Positions 1 to 10,088 of a stretch of 64,000 nucleotides of DNA are shown here, piece by piece. The position numbers and the translations under genes were made by a program. Position 1 is the stretch's first letter, and every line of letters begins with the position of its first letter. The notes beneath the pieces are model-generated. The model searched no databases, was not told the DNA's origin, and saw only the letters and a program-made list of their open reading frames with translations. This DNA is from a bacterium. GTDB lineage: Bacteria > Electryoneota > Electryoneia > Electryoneales > Electryoneaceae. The stretch lies in contig JAHLLB010000011.1 in the NCBI GenBank assembly GCA_020444425.1, positions 19,915-83,914 of the forward strand, written 5' to 3'.

Positions 1-44
1 ATCGCCGTTGTACACCCGCCGGAGTCCACAATGCGAGGTTTCGC

Positions 45-2720
45 ATGAGTCGATGGAAATCGAATCACGGATGGTCGTTCGCAAGCGTCCAGATCGTTGT
101 ACTGGCTCTGCTGTTGTTACCGGCAATGGTACTCGCCGCGCCGGAAATCGTGGTGCCGGGCAGTGTGATCTTCCAGCTTGCGTACGCTGATGCCCTGCCG
201 CAGGATGCCTCTGAAGGTGCCCTGCTGCGCACGGGTCACACCGCGTTCGACGAGTGGCTGGGCACGGTCGAAGCCACCAGCATGAGAAACGAGTTTGGCG
301 AACTGATGCCGGACATGCGTGTCGTGCGTTATGAGGCGGACCGGCCGGTCGAACAGATCCTGACCGGGCTGCGGGACTTCCCGTTTGTCGTGCAGGCGGA
401 CGCCAACTACGCGTTCCCGTATTCCGAACTCACGCGAACCCCATCCGATCCGGAGGCGCCGGGCCAGTGGCACCATTACGCGATCAATTCCTACCGTGGC
501 TGGGCGTTGGCGCAGGGCGCGGATGATATTGTCGTCGCGATTATCGACAGCGGTGTCGATTACGACCACCCCGACCTCGAGACTAGCATCTGGGTCAACC
601 CGGGTGAGGATCTGAACAACGACGGCGTCTGGGATGCGTCTGACGTGGACGGTGTCGACAACGATGACAACGGCTACATCGACGATGGCATCGGCTGGGA
701 TTTCGTCACCACGACCGAAGTCTTTCCCGGTGATGATCCGGGACCGCCGGATAACGATCCGAACGATTTCGACGGACACGGCACACACTGTTCCGGTGAC
801 GCCGCCGCGACCACGAACAACGGCATCGGCGTTGCCGCCCCGGGCTGGGGCTGCAAAATCGGGGCGTTGCGGGCTGGCTGGACGACGACAGGCGGCCTCG
901 GCGTTGTCGGCCTGCTCGAAGCGACGAGTGCGATCACTTATGCCATCAACCACGATTTTGACGTCATCTCGATGAGTTTCGGCGGACCGGGCGGCGACCC
1001 GTTTTACTTTCAGCAGGCGATGCAGATGGCGTATGACGCCGGCCTGATCCTCGTCGCTGCGGCCGGCAATGAAAGCTCGAATGTGCCGCAGTATCCTGCC
1101 GCCGAGGACATGGTGATCGCCGTCGCCGCGACCGACCAGAACGACGAGCTCGCCGATTTCTCCAGCTGGGGCGACTGGGTCACGTTGGCCGCGCCCGGTG
1201 TCGCGATTTACAGCACCACGCAGGCGGGCGGATACGGTCAGCAGGGCGGCACCAGCATGGCGTGCCCGATTGTCGCCGGTTCGATCGCCAATTTGATGAG
1301 CATTGCCCCGCCGGGCTGGACCAACGACGACATCATTTTCCGGCTCACCTCTACCGCGCGTGAGATTCCCGTTCCGGGCACCGGTGCCGGTATTGTCGAC
1401 CTCGGCGCGCTGCTCGACCTGTACGTCTCGATCGACTCGGTCTGGGTTTATGACGGCGTCGTACCGCACATCATTCACGGTCAGGAAGGCACGTTCGGCA
1501 TGCGCTGGCAGAAGCACGACCAGAGCGCGCAGAATGTGTCGCTGAAGCTGACGTGTGACGAACCCCGGGTCACGCTTGGTGCGGACTCGCTGTGGATCGG
1601 GATCGTAACGCAGGGCCAGTCCGGGAATTTCGAGGTGCCGGTGACCGTTGCGCCCGGCGATGAGGATGTCGAGACGATTGATGTCATCGCTCGCTTCCGT
1701 GGCTCGGATTTCTTCGACAACGATTTTGACTTCGAGCAGATCATCCCGCTTCGTGTCGGGCAGGCACCGGTGCTGCTGATCGACGATGACCAGGGTGGCG
1801 CGGGGCTCATTGACACGTGGTACCTCAGCGCGATGGAGCAAATCGGTGTCGAAACCGAAGCGATCAAGCGGTCGGACATTTCGGTGCTGGCCGACTTTGT
1901 CGCGGGTTACGAGGCGATTATTTACGCCTCCGGCAGCCGCACCAGCAACCATCTCACCGGGGACGACATGGCCGTGTTCAGCGACTACCTGAACGACGGC
2001 GGCAAGATGCTGTTCTCCGGGCAGAACATCGCCGAAGACCTGGCGGTGAACAACCCTGATGTACTCGACACCCTGTTCCACATCGACTTGACCGAACCCA
2101 ACGCGAACCAGCTGGTGGTGCGTGGCATCGAGGGCAACCCGATCACCGACGGATTGTACCTCTTCCTCGCAGGTGAGGGGGGCGCGTGGAACCAGGACAA
2201 CATCGACGTGCTCGCCGCACAGGATGGCGCGGAACCGATGTTCGTCTTCAACGCCGCCGAGCCCGAGCGGTTGGCTGGTGTCCGGGTGCAGGAGGGAATG
2301 CGCGACCTGTTCTTCTGTTCGTTCGGCATGGAAGCGATCAACGACGACTGGGTGAACGCGTCCACCCGTGCCGAAGTGCTGGACCGGATCTTCGTCGCCT
2401 GGGGCTTTGAGACCGGCGTCGCCGAACCGGGCGGAGACGGGTCTGGGCTGATCGCGGATGACTTCGCTATCTCGCGTCTGTGGCCAAATCCGACGAACGG
2501 GTTTGTGCAGAGTGTGATCACGTTGCCTTCCCCGGGGACGGTGCAGATTCGCGTGTTTGATCTGCTCGGGCGGGAGGTGGATGCGTACAACTTCGCCGGT
2601 ACCGCTGGTCACAACCGGTTCTCGTGGCAAATGCCGGCCGGGCTGAGTTCCGGGATGTATTTCCTCCGTGCCGAGCACCAGGCGGATGCACGTCAACAGC
2701 GTTTCCTGTATGTCAAGTGA
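45..2720 (+). CDS. S8 (subtilisin-family) serine peptidase with signal peptide, GATase/flavodoxin-like accessory domain and T9SS C-terminal sorting domain
   Basis: Catalytic motifs AIIDSGVD (Asp), HGTHCSG (His) and GTSMACP (Ser), oxyanion AAAGNE. DNDDNGYIDD Ca-loop insert. CTD-like tail WPNP...VFDLLGREV...SSGMYF. Confidence 0.93.
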   Translation: MSRWKSNHGWSFASVQIVVLALLLLPAMVLAAPEIVVPGSVIFQLAYADALPQDASEGALLRTGHTAFDEWLGTVEATSMRNEFGELMPDMRVVRYEADRPVEQILTGLRDFPFVVQADANYAFPYSELTRTPSDPEAPGQWHHYAINSYRGWALAQGADDIVVAIIDSGVDYDHPDLETSIWVNPGEDLNNDGVWDASDVDGVDNDDNGYIDDGIGWDFVTTTEVFPGDDPGPPDNDPNDFDGHGTHCSGDAAATTNNGIGVAAPGWGCKIGALRAGWTTTGGLGVVGLLEATSAITYAINHDFDVISMSFGGPGGDPFYFQQAMQMAYDAGLILVAAAGNESSNVPQYPAAEDMVIAVAATDQNDELADFSSWGDWVTLAAPGVAIYSTTQAGGYGQQGGTSMACPIVAGSIANLMSIAPPGWTNDDIIFRLTSTAREIPVPGTGAGIVDLGALLDLYVSIDSVWVYDGVVPHIIHGQEGTFGMRWQKHDQSAQNVSLKLTCDEPRVTLGADSLWIGIVTQGQSGNFEVPVTVAPGDEDVETIDVIARFRGSDFFDNDFDFEQIIPLRVGQAPVLLIDDDQGGAGLIDTWYLSAMEQIGVETEAIKRSDISVLADFVAGYEAIIYASGSRTSNHLTGDDMAVFSDYLNDGGKMLFSGQNIAEDLAVNNPDVLDTLFHIDLTEPNANQLVVRGIEGNPITDGLYLFLAGEGGAWNQDNIDVLAAQDGAEPMFVFNAAEPERLAGVRVQEGMRDLFFCSFGMEAINDDWVNASTRAEVLDRIFVAWGFETGVAEPGGDGSGLIADDFAISRLWPNPTNGFVQSVITLPSPGTVQIRVFDLLGREVDAYNFAGTAGHNRFSWQMPAGLSSGMYFLRAEHQADARQQRFLYVK

Positions 2721-2730
2721 GGGAGGACGC

Positions 2731-3744
2731 ATGAACGGGATGCCGCAACGATTCGGAGTGGCGCTGCTGCTGGTTGCGCTGTTGCTGCCCGGACTCGCCG
2801 CCGGGTTCGATAAGCCCGGCACCACGGCCGCCACCTTCCTGCAGATCATGCCGGGCAGCCGTGTTCCGGCGATGGGCGGCGCGGGGGTTGCATTGGCTGG
2901 TGGCGCGGAAATGCTCGCGATCAACCCGGCCGCAATCGCCTCGGACCGTTTCTCGGCGTCGTTCGCCTACAACGACTGGTTCGCCGGCCTCGAACATCAA
3001 ACGCTGGCCGTCAGCGCCCCGGTCCGGCCCAACCTGCGCGTCGGGATTCACGCGATCTCCTTCGGCGGGGACGAATTCGAGCAGACGACACTCGAGATGC
3101 AGAACGGCAACGGCGTCATGGTCGACTACGGCGACCTGGCGGTGGGTGCGTCCGCAATCATGCAGCTGACCGACCGCTTCACCGTCGGCGTTACCGGCAA
3201 GTACATCCGCCAGGACCTCTTCCACACCTCCGCGCAGACCGGCGCGGTCGATGTCGGTACGTTGTTGCATACCACGCTGGACGGCTTCTCGATCGGCATG
3301 GCGATGACCAACCTCGGCGGCGACATGCAACTGACCGGGCAGGATCTGATCGCCGAGGCGGAGTCGGAGGATGCGGCCGAATCCCGTCTCCACACGTCGA
3401 AATGGCCGTTGCCGCTGACGTTCCAATTCGGCTTTGGTTGGCGGCTGGTCGGTGAGCAGAACGCGTTCTGGCAGGATGACATCCACGAGTTCACCCTCGC
3501 CGTGGACAGCCGTCACCTGAACGAGGGCGTCACCACCGTACACGCCGGCGGGGAATACGGGCTGTACGATATCGTCTTCCTGCGTGGTGGCCACAGCCTG
3601 AACCATGATACCGAGGAGTGGGCGTTTGGCGGCGGTGTCCGGGTCAACCTGCACAGCCTGACTGTTGACGCCGACTTCGCCTACGCCGACATGGGCGATT
3701 TGAATTCGGTGAAACGGGTCACCCTGAGTATCCGCGGACGCTGA
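2731..3744 (+). CDS. PorV/PorQ-family (UPF0164-like) outer-membrane beta-barrel protein
   Basis: GGAGG RBS then ATG at 2731. Signal peptide. Motif KPGTTAATFL.I.PG.R..AMGGA...INPA. Similar to the 49025-50005 product. Confidence 0.85.
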   Translation: MNGMPQRFGVALLLVALLLPGLAAGFDKPGTTAATFLQIMPGSRVPAMGGAGVALAGGAEMLAINPAAIASDRFSASFAYNDWFAGLEHQTLAVSAPVRPNLRVGIHAISFGGDEFEQTTLEMQNGNGVMVDYGDLAVGASAIMQLTDRFTVGVTGKYIRQDLFHTSAQTGAVDVGTLLHTTLDGFSIGMAMTNLGGDMQLTGQDLIAEAESEDAAESRLHTSKWPLPLTFQFGFGWRLVGEQNAFWQDDIHEFTLAVDSRHLNEGVTTVHAGGEYGLYDIVFLRGGHSLNHDTEEWAFGGGVRVNLHSLTVDADFAYADMGDLNSVKRVTLSIRGR

Positions 3745-3764
3745 TCTCCTGCTCGCGACAGAAA

Positions 3765-3808
3765 ACAAAAAAGCGGCCCTCGGCGTATTGCCGGGGACCG
3801 CTTCTTTT
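3765..3808. terminator. Bidirectional intrinsic terminator
   Basis: A-tract, imperfect hairpin aagcggccctcggc/gccggggaccgctt, then T-tract. Lies between the PorV gene and the duplicated tRNA 3' end. Confidence 0.7.
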
Positions 3809-3811
3809 CGT

Positions 3812-3852
3812 GTGCGCCATCAGGGACTTGAACCCCGAACCTGCGGATTAAG
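3812..3852 (-). repeat. att site: duplicated 3' part of tRNA-Lys(CTT)
   Basis: 41-bp exact direct repeat gtgcgccatc...gcggattaag of 20372-20412, running from the anticodon to the acceptor end. Confidence 0.95.
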
Positions 3853-4214
3853 GGAACTGGACAGATGTTCAGTTATCTCGGCTTATAGTCCGGACAACCT
3901 GTTTATTACCAATGAGATGAATCTCACATTTCATTACATTGGCACAATCTCAGCCACACCGTAAGTGCTGTTTATTTTTTCTAGGATTACGGAAGATTGC
4001 GACAGATTTACGTAATACATCCGAACCGTTATCCTAGCTCATCACGGTCCTGAACGTAACCCAAGTTTGCACGTATAGGGTGCTCTTTCGGACTGACAGA
4101 ACTGACGGCTAGAGCTTTACTGAATGCTTGTTCATACAATCACTTGCCTTGCCGTTCGGCGTAGCAGTCTTGCAGGAATCCGATGCCGCATTTCAGCGTC
4201 ACCAGAACCAGCGG

Positions 4215-4535
4215 ACACTTCCGCTGCACACGTTGACAGCGGACAACGGTAGCGAGTTCGCACGGCATGAGTGGCTGGCTGAACGGCTGGGTGTGGCTGT
4301 TTATTTCGCACACCCGTAAAGCTCGTGGGAACGGGCGCGCAACGAAAACATGAACCGGATGGTACGACAGTGGTTTCCGAAGGGGCTGGACTTCCTTTCA
4401 CTTCATGATCTGGACGTCCAGTCGGTCAAACGAAGCCTCAACAACAGACCGATAAAATCACTCGGATACAGAACACCCAATGAGGTCCTCTTCAACAACA
4501 AAACCTGAACGGTGCATTTGATCTTGGAATATGCC
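4215..4535 (+). pseudogene. IS30-family transposase C-terminal remnant with probable right end
   Basis: TLTADNGSEFA...YFAHP*SSWERARNENMNRMVRQWFPKG...LNNRPIKSLGYRTPNE. In-frame TAA at 4317-4319, natural stop at 4506-4508. IR-like ggtgcatttgatcttggaatatgcc at 4511-4535. Confidence 0.9.
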
Positions 4536-4911
4536 CTTGCAGGCAAAATATTATGTACAATAACTTGGTTTTTCCACATGCTATGTCTAATAAAAACGTT
4601 ACCCCCAAACTCATTACACAACAGGGGGCGTGTAGTTCGTTCTATTTTGCAATATCATAACACCAACAGCAAGACTCAAACCATGAAAATGGGAGCTTTA
4701 GATTGGTAGATTCTTACCTTGCTGGCAATCCATGATGTGACTACCTTTGCGACAGCGAGATGTTTCCGCCCAGTATCCTTGTTCAACGATTCGAATCAGT
4801 GCCACAAAACTACGATTATTTCGAAACATTGAACTGCAAAAAACCGAATAAGTTATCAGAGGATCGAAAGCTTTCAACGAATTGTTCTACCTGATTTGGG
4901 GCTACTTTTTT

Positions 4912-6063
4912 ATGAGTAATTCATCATTGCATCAAGCATCCGAATCAAGGTCTCCCCAGCAGATGGAAGCTGTGATCTTGAAGCAAACTATCGCCAAGGA
5001 ACCTGCGATAGCGGTATTGCATGTGGACAAACGTACCTTCTCTCACGTTACCTCCGCTTTCGTTGACAAACTCGGCCTGGATCCTGTGCTGTTGCGCGAC
5101 AGCGGAATTGAGAATTGGATCCACGATCGTAGTCGGGAACAGCTGAAGCAGTTCCAGTCTGAAGGTGAGGCAATGCACAGACCAATCCGTCTTGAGCTGG
5201 CTGACTCTGAAGGCAATCCTGCGCCTTTCCATGCGATCCAGTTGCTGGATACGAAGTTATCGGAAGGGTGTTCAGGATGGTTGCTGCAGGAAGTGGGGCC
5301 GGATAATTCCCTCATGTCGACTGATCTGATGCATAGCGAAACGGATCCGTTGACAGAACGCATCATTTATATGGCAACGCTTGAGGTATTGGTAAGCGGT
5401 ATTTCTCATGACATGAACCAGCCATTGAACGCAATTCTGCTGAACGCCGAAACGGTCCGTCTGATGCTTGAGTCGGGGCGTGTGCTACCGACATTTGCGT
5501 TGCTTGACGATGTGATCTGGGGGGTAAAGCGAATCAATGAGATCGTACAGCATCTGCGCGAGTATTTTGACGAAAGCCTGGAAACTGCTGTAGAGGTTGC
5601 CGACTTGAACCAGCTGGTGCGTGAATCGTTGCGGTTTCTGGAACCCAAGTTGAAGGCACATGGGATCACGGTTCAGCTGGACTTTTGCCCGGAGACGATG
5701 CAAGTTTGCATAAACCAGCGTCAGATGAAACACATGCTGTCATTATTGCTTGCGCGCGCGGTAGAATCGATCGACGAAGCGAATCCTGAAAAGCGAGAGT
5801 TGCGGATCACCACGCGACCATCGGGTTCGATGTGTGTGCTGGAGCTTACGGACACGGGTTTACAGCTGCAGTCGACGAACATTCAAGACCTGTCGAATCC
5901 GCTACTTGCGGCGGCGACAGACGGACAGGGGATGACTCTTAAACTTGCTGTAGCGAATCTGATCGCGAAACGATTTGATGGCAATCTCCAGCTGACAAAC
6001 GGGGAGGAGTCCGGGTTGTGTGTGCGAATTCAGATTCCAAGCGCACCGGGCCTATCGGCATGA
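4912..6063 (+). CDS. Sensor histidine-kinase-like protein with degenerate ATPase domain
   Basis: H-box ISHDMNQPLNAI is present. HATPase fold is recognisable, but the N, G1 and G2 boxes are altered. Stop overlaps the next start (ATGA). Confidence 0.8.
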   Translation: MSNSSLHQASESRSPQQMEAVILKQTIAKEPAIAVLHVDKRTFSHVTSAFVDKLGLDPVLLRDSGIENWIHDRSREQLKQFQSEGEAMHRPIRLELADSEGNPAPFHAIQLLDTKLSEGCSGWLLQEVGPDNSLMSTDLMHSETDPLTERIIYMATLEVLVSGISHDMNQPLNAILLNAETVRLMLESGRVLPTFALLDDVIWGVKRINEIVQHLREYFDESLETAVEVADLNQLVRESLRFLEPKLKAHGITVQLDFCPETMQVCINQRQMKHMLSLLLARAVESIDEANPEKRELRITTRPSGSMCVLELTDTGLQLQSTNIQDLSNPLLAAATDGQGMTLKLAVANLIAKRFDGNLQLTNGEESGLCVRIQIPSAPGLSA

Positions 6064-7502
6064 GTGAGACAACGCGTGTGCTCGTGGTGGATGATGACGC
6101 CCGCAGCGGCGTAGCAGTGGCGCGGTTTCTTGAGAGAGCGTTCGACTGTGATGTGACCGTGCAGGAGTCGGCACAGGAGGCGCTGGCCGAGTTTGCGCGC
6201 AACCCCTTTCCAGTGGTCATCAGTGACATTCGCATGCCGCAACTGAATGGAATCGAACTGTTGAAGCGCCTGCGGGACATGGAAGATAAGCTGACAGCTC
6301 GTATCGTACTGATGACCGGCTACGCCGATTTGGAAACGGCGTTGCAAGCAATGAAGTTGGGCGCTTTTGATTACCTGCGCAAACCAATAGACGCGGTAAC
6401 CCTTTCCGATGTGTACACCCGTATCCAACAATCTTTCAAGCATGAGCATTCAGCCAAACCCGCATCAGGAATCATCTCTGCGGACACCGGAATTGATGAT
6501 GCTACTTTCTCCGAAGGCCTGCACGAGGTAGCGGATTACGGGGTGATCGGCGTGTTTTCGCAGCTGTCGCGAGAAGCGTTCAAACTCGCCCTTCGGTACC
6601 ACGAAGACAGTTCGGCTCCGGTACTGATACAAGGCCCGACGGGCACTGGCAAAGAAGCTGTGGCGCGACTGATTCACCACGGAAAAGGGCGCAACCGGTC
6701 GCCCTTCATCCCGGTGAACTGTTCAGCGATTTCGCCTGGTTTGTTTGAGAGTGATTTGTTCGGCTATGAAGGGGGATCGTTCACTGGCGCCAGTTCTCGA
6801 GGCCGTGCTGGCAAACTGGAGCTTGCCCGTGAAGGCACGTTGTTTCTCGACGAGATCTCCGACCTGCCAATCGAATTACAGCCAAAGCTGTTACGAGTGT
6901 TGCAAGAACGGGAGATGTATCGCGTCGGCGGTACGAAACCGATTTCACTGAATGTGCGCATCATCGCTGCGACTAACCGCGACATGGAACCGATGCTGCA
7001 GTCTGGTCAGTTTCGGCTTGACCTTTACCACCGGCTGGCTCTGGGATTGATACGATTACCGGCACTCTCCGAACGGCCAGCCGAAATCCTGCCCCTCGCG
7101 CACCTGTTCCTCACCCAGTTCGCCGCAGAGAAGCGCAAGCGGTTTCGAGCGATCGATCCGCAGGCGCATAAAATCCTTCGCGATTCGGCTTGGCCAGGAA
7201 ATATTCGCGAGTTAAAGAACAGCATCGAGCGGGTGGTAATCTTATATGACGATGAACTACTGCGTGCCGAACACCTCAGCTGGATCTCGGGTGTTCGGGA
7301 TTCGGGGGCAGCTTCATCAAATACGCTGAAACTGGGAGAAATTGAACTTCCGGACGACGCACTACCACTGGGCATACTGGAAAACGAGATCATCCGTAAG
7401 GCCTATCAGAAGTTCGAGGGCAACCAGTCAAAGACCGCAGAGTATCTTGGCCTCGCTCGCAATACGCTTCGCAGTCGTTTGAAGCAGCTTGGGCTGGCTT
7501 GA
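6060..7502 (+). CDS. Sigma54-dependent response regulator (REC-AAA+-HTH, NtrC/AtoC type)
   Basis: REC (VVDDD, ISDIRMP), Walker A GPTGTGKE, ESDLFGYEGGSFTGA loop, FLDEI, WPGNIREL, Fis-type HTH. Confidence 0.95.
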   Translation: MSETTRVLVVDDDARSGVAVARFLERAFDCDVTVQESAQEALAEFARNPFPVVISDIRMPQLNGIELLKRLRDMEDKLTARIVLMTGYADLETALQAMKLGAFDYLRKPIDAVTLSDVYTRIQQSFKHEHSAKPASGIISADTGIDDATFSEGLHEVADYGVIGVFSQLSREAFKLALRYHEDSSAPVLIQGPTGTGKEAVARLIHHGKGRNRSPFIPVNCSAISPGLFESDLFGYEGGSFTGASSRGRAGKLELAREGTLFLDEISDLPIELQPKLLRVLQEREMYRVGGTKPISLNVRIIAATNRDMEPMLQSGQFRLDLYHRLALGLIRLPALSERPAEILPLAHLFLTQFAAEKRKRFRAIDPQAHKILRDSAWPGNIRELKNSIERVVILYDDELLRAEHLSWISGVRDSGAASSNTLKLGEIELPDDALPLGILENEIIRKAYQKFEGNQSKTAEYLGLARNTLRSRLKQLGLA

Positions 7503-7609
7503 ATTGCTCCCAAGGCCATTCCATCCTTACGCACCTGTGCATTCCCTTTTCCTGAAAACACTTCTCTTTCCATCCTCCTGAACGCAGATCCCGAAGACTA
7601 GCCTGTTTC

Positions 7610-7677
7610 GAGTGACGAAATGAGCGCAGGTGATGAAACTGAGTGACGAAATTCACTCAATTGACGGTTTTTGCTCA
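7610..7677. promoter_or_regulatory. Candidate upstream activator sequences for a sigma54 activator
   Basis: gagtgacgaaat occurs at 7610-7621 and 7641-7652. Palindrome TGAGTGA-N6-TCACTCA at 7640-7659. About 55-120 bp upstream of the -24 box. Confidence 0.55.
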
Positions 7678-7731
7678 TTCTGGTGTATTCGTAAAATCAT
7701 GATAGTCCTATAGTTAGACTCACTTGTACAA

Positions 7732-7747
7732 TGGCACATTCCTTGCT
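7732..7747 (+). promoter_or_regulatory. Sigma54 -24/-12 promoter
   Basis: TGGCAC-attcc-TTGCT matches the consensus TGGCAC-N5-TTGCW exactly, ~55 bp upstream of ATG 7803. Confidence 0.85.
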
Positions 7748-7802
7748 TGGAATGTGAACGAAATCAAGCACGTTGCTTTTCAGCGAAGAATTGGGGTCGC
7801 AA

Positions 7803-9725
7803 ATGAGAGCGGGAATTGTCAGCGGGAATGAGCAAACACGTCGCAGCTTCAGGTCGGCTCTTGAGGTTCGCGGATGGACGTGTTATTCGGGGGATTCGCT
7901 GGCAACGGTGCAGTCATCCGCCCGCACTCATGATCTGAATCTGCTTATGGTGAACTGGGCGGACAGCAAGAACCAGAGCTCTCCGCAGTTGGACTCCCTG
8001 CTTAAGATCGCTGAAAGTCTTCCTGTCATTTTGTTAAACGTTGCTCCGATGAACGCCGAGGGCGCGCAATCCTCCCCTCCCGGTCCCCCGTTACTCAGCT
8101 GCGAAGGCGGAGACGTTCGCGCATTGTTGGACATCAGCACCCGTCTGGTGCAGCGGTCATTGGATTTGCAAGGCGTTGGACGTTCCGGTCTGGACGATTG
8201 CCTGCGCGACAGTGACCACGGCTTGATGGAGTATTTCCCAGACGGGATTGTGTTGCGGTCTCCAGCTGGGATCGAGAAGTGCAACTCGCGTTTCGAAGAG
8301 ATGTTCGGGTACAGTGAGGACGATCTGCGTGATCCGGGATTTGATCTGCTGAACCTGGCCGATTCTTCGGCACGTGGGACTCTGCATGCCCTGTTGGAGG
8401 GGGAACACCCGGAAAACAGCGGTGTGGATTCGCGCGTATTCCTGGGGCGAACGCGTGAGGGCCAGCCCCTGCATGTCGAGCTGCGGACACGCCGTTGTAC
8501 CAGTGAGCACTCAGGGACCGAAATACTGATTTTCCAGGATGTAAGCAAACTTGTACATCTCGAGCAGCAGGTTCGTCAGTCAGAAAAACTTGAATCTGTG
8601 GGCACGCTGACCAGCGGGATTTCACATGACTTCAACAATATCCTGACGGTGATCAGTGGTGTGTCTGAGCTGGCGATGCAGCGCATGGAGGAGCTAGATC
8701 CGTCCCGCCACGAATTTTCGCTTGTATTGGAAGCCGTTCATCGGGCGAGCAACCTGACTCGCAAGCTGTTGTCCTTTGCACGGGCCCGGCCGGATCGAAT
8801 GGACGTGATCAGCGTGGACGATGTAGTCTGTGAGATGACGGAGTTGCTTGAGCGGAGTATCGGCGCCGACATCCAGTTGACCATTGATTCCGAATCGCCG
8901 GAAGCTCGGGTGTACGCGAACGGCCATCTGCTCGAGCAGGTACTGCTCAACTTGTGTACGAACGCTCGTGACGCCTTGCCTCAGGGAGGACAGATCACGA
9001 TCCGTACCGAGGTCTTCGCCACCGCAGAGCCCTATCCCCTGTTCGACTCGGTACTCCCCCCTGGTTCTTTCCTGCGACTATCTGTTCGGGACACGGGTAG
9101 TGGCATCCCGTCGGACATTCTGGACAACATTTTCGAACCCTTTTTCACGACAAAGGAGGAAGGGCGCGGCACCGGTCTTGGTCTTGCGACAGTGCAAAAA
9201 ATTATCAACCAGCATCAAGGGTATCTGGATGTTATAACCCAAGAGGGTGAGGGCACTGAGTTCGCTCTGTATTTCCCTTTAGCCCAGAGCAATGGTCATC
9301 GGAATGGGCATGTACACCCGACAGGAAAATCGCTCCACGCAAAAGGCGGTGTCGTGATCGTTGTCGATGACAACGAGAGCCTGTTGCGGGTGATAGCGAA
9401 GCTACTCAAGCGGTATGGATACCAGGTTCATGAATTCAGTGATGCTGCGGAGCTGACTGAGTCGGGCTCGACCCTGTTCCACATCGCAGACGTGCTGATT
9501 ACAGACGTGGTGATGCCTGGCATCACCGGGCTGGAACTGATCGACCACGCGAGGGCGGTCAACCCAGACATCGGTGTATTGTGCATGACGGGGTATGACA
9601 ACCAGACGTTGCGCGAAAAGGATCTTTACAGGAACGACCTAGACTATTTCCCAAAACCGTTCACCAAGGACCAGCTTGCACAGGCGGTTAATTCAGTTCT
9701 CGAGAAAAGGGAGACTGTACCGTGA
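7803..9725 (+). CDS. Hybrid PAS sensor histidine kinase/response regulator with N-terminal pseudo-receiver
   Basis: PAS; SHDFNNIL; NLCTNARDA; DTGSG; PFFTTKEEGRGTGLGL; C-terminal REC (VVDD, ITDVVMP). Confidence 0.93.
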   Translation: MRAGIVSGNEQTRRSFRSALEVRGWTCYSGDSLATVQSSARTHDLNLLMVNWADSKNQSSPQLDSLLKIAESLPVILLNVAPMNAEGAQSSPPGPPLLSCEGGDVRALLDISTRLVQRSLDLQGVGRSGLDDCLRDSDHGLMEYFPDGIVLRSPAGIEKCNSRFEEMFGYSEDDLRDPGFDLLNLADSSARGTLHALLEGEHPENSGVDSRVFLGRTREGQPLHVELRTRRCTSEHSGTEILIFQDVSKLVHLEQQVRQSEKLESVGTLTSGISHDFNNILTVISGVSELAMQRMEELDPSRHEFSLVLEAVHRASNLTRKLLSFARARPDRMDVISVDDVVCEMTELLERSIGADIQLTIDSESPEARVYANGHLLEQVLLNLCTNARDALPQGGQITIRTEVFATAEPYPLFDSVLPPGSFLRLSVRDTGSGIPSDILDNIFEPFFTTKEEGRGTGLGLATVQKIINQHQGYLDVITQEGEGTEFALYFPLAQSNGHRNGHVHPTGKSLHAKGGVVIVVDDNESLLRVIAKLLKRYGYQVHEFSDAAELTESGSTLFHIADVLITDVVMPGITGLELIDHARAVNPDIGVLCMTGYDNQTLREKDLYRNDLDYFPKPFTKDQLAQAVNSVLEKRETVP

Positions 9726-10088
9726 TCTGAGAAGAATTGGAATCCAGATTTTAATATGCAAATGAACATCACAATTTGGTCGCTTCTAATCAACTATCAA
9801 ATACTATGATAAATTATATAGAGCGAATGATTCTGCTTACTATTTATTTATATGGCCTACAGTATCCATATAGCACTAGCAGGATCCATTAGTTTTAACT
9901 ATCATATTCAGCAGGTAAACGTTTACATTTCTGATCTTGTAATTTGACCAGACTGTCAAATTGGGAGATATCGTAGCTTTGCAGAAACCGTTCGAGAAGG
10001 TCTGACTTCAGAACATGACTGTCTTAGTGGTTTTCTTTCGCTAGAGGGATGCAGAATACAAGTCAACGGAACGGGAAGGAAACGAAGC

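Noticed and set aside
117-3768. Long antisense ORFs (935 aa and 351 aa) and many similar shadow ORFs throughout the window
   Set aside because: They mirror well-supported genes on the opposite strand, as expected from GC-rich codon bias, and show no recognisable motifs.
3812-3885. Second tRNA-Lys gene
   Set aside because: Only the 3' 41 bp are present. There is no D-arm or 5' acceptor strand, so it is an att duplication.
3853-4215. Integrase or integrase remnant at the island ends (also checked 20150-20370)
   Set aside because: No ORF or tyrosine/serine recombinase motif could be read.
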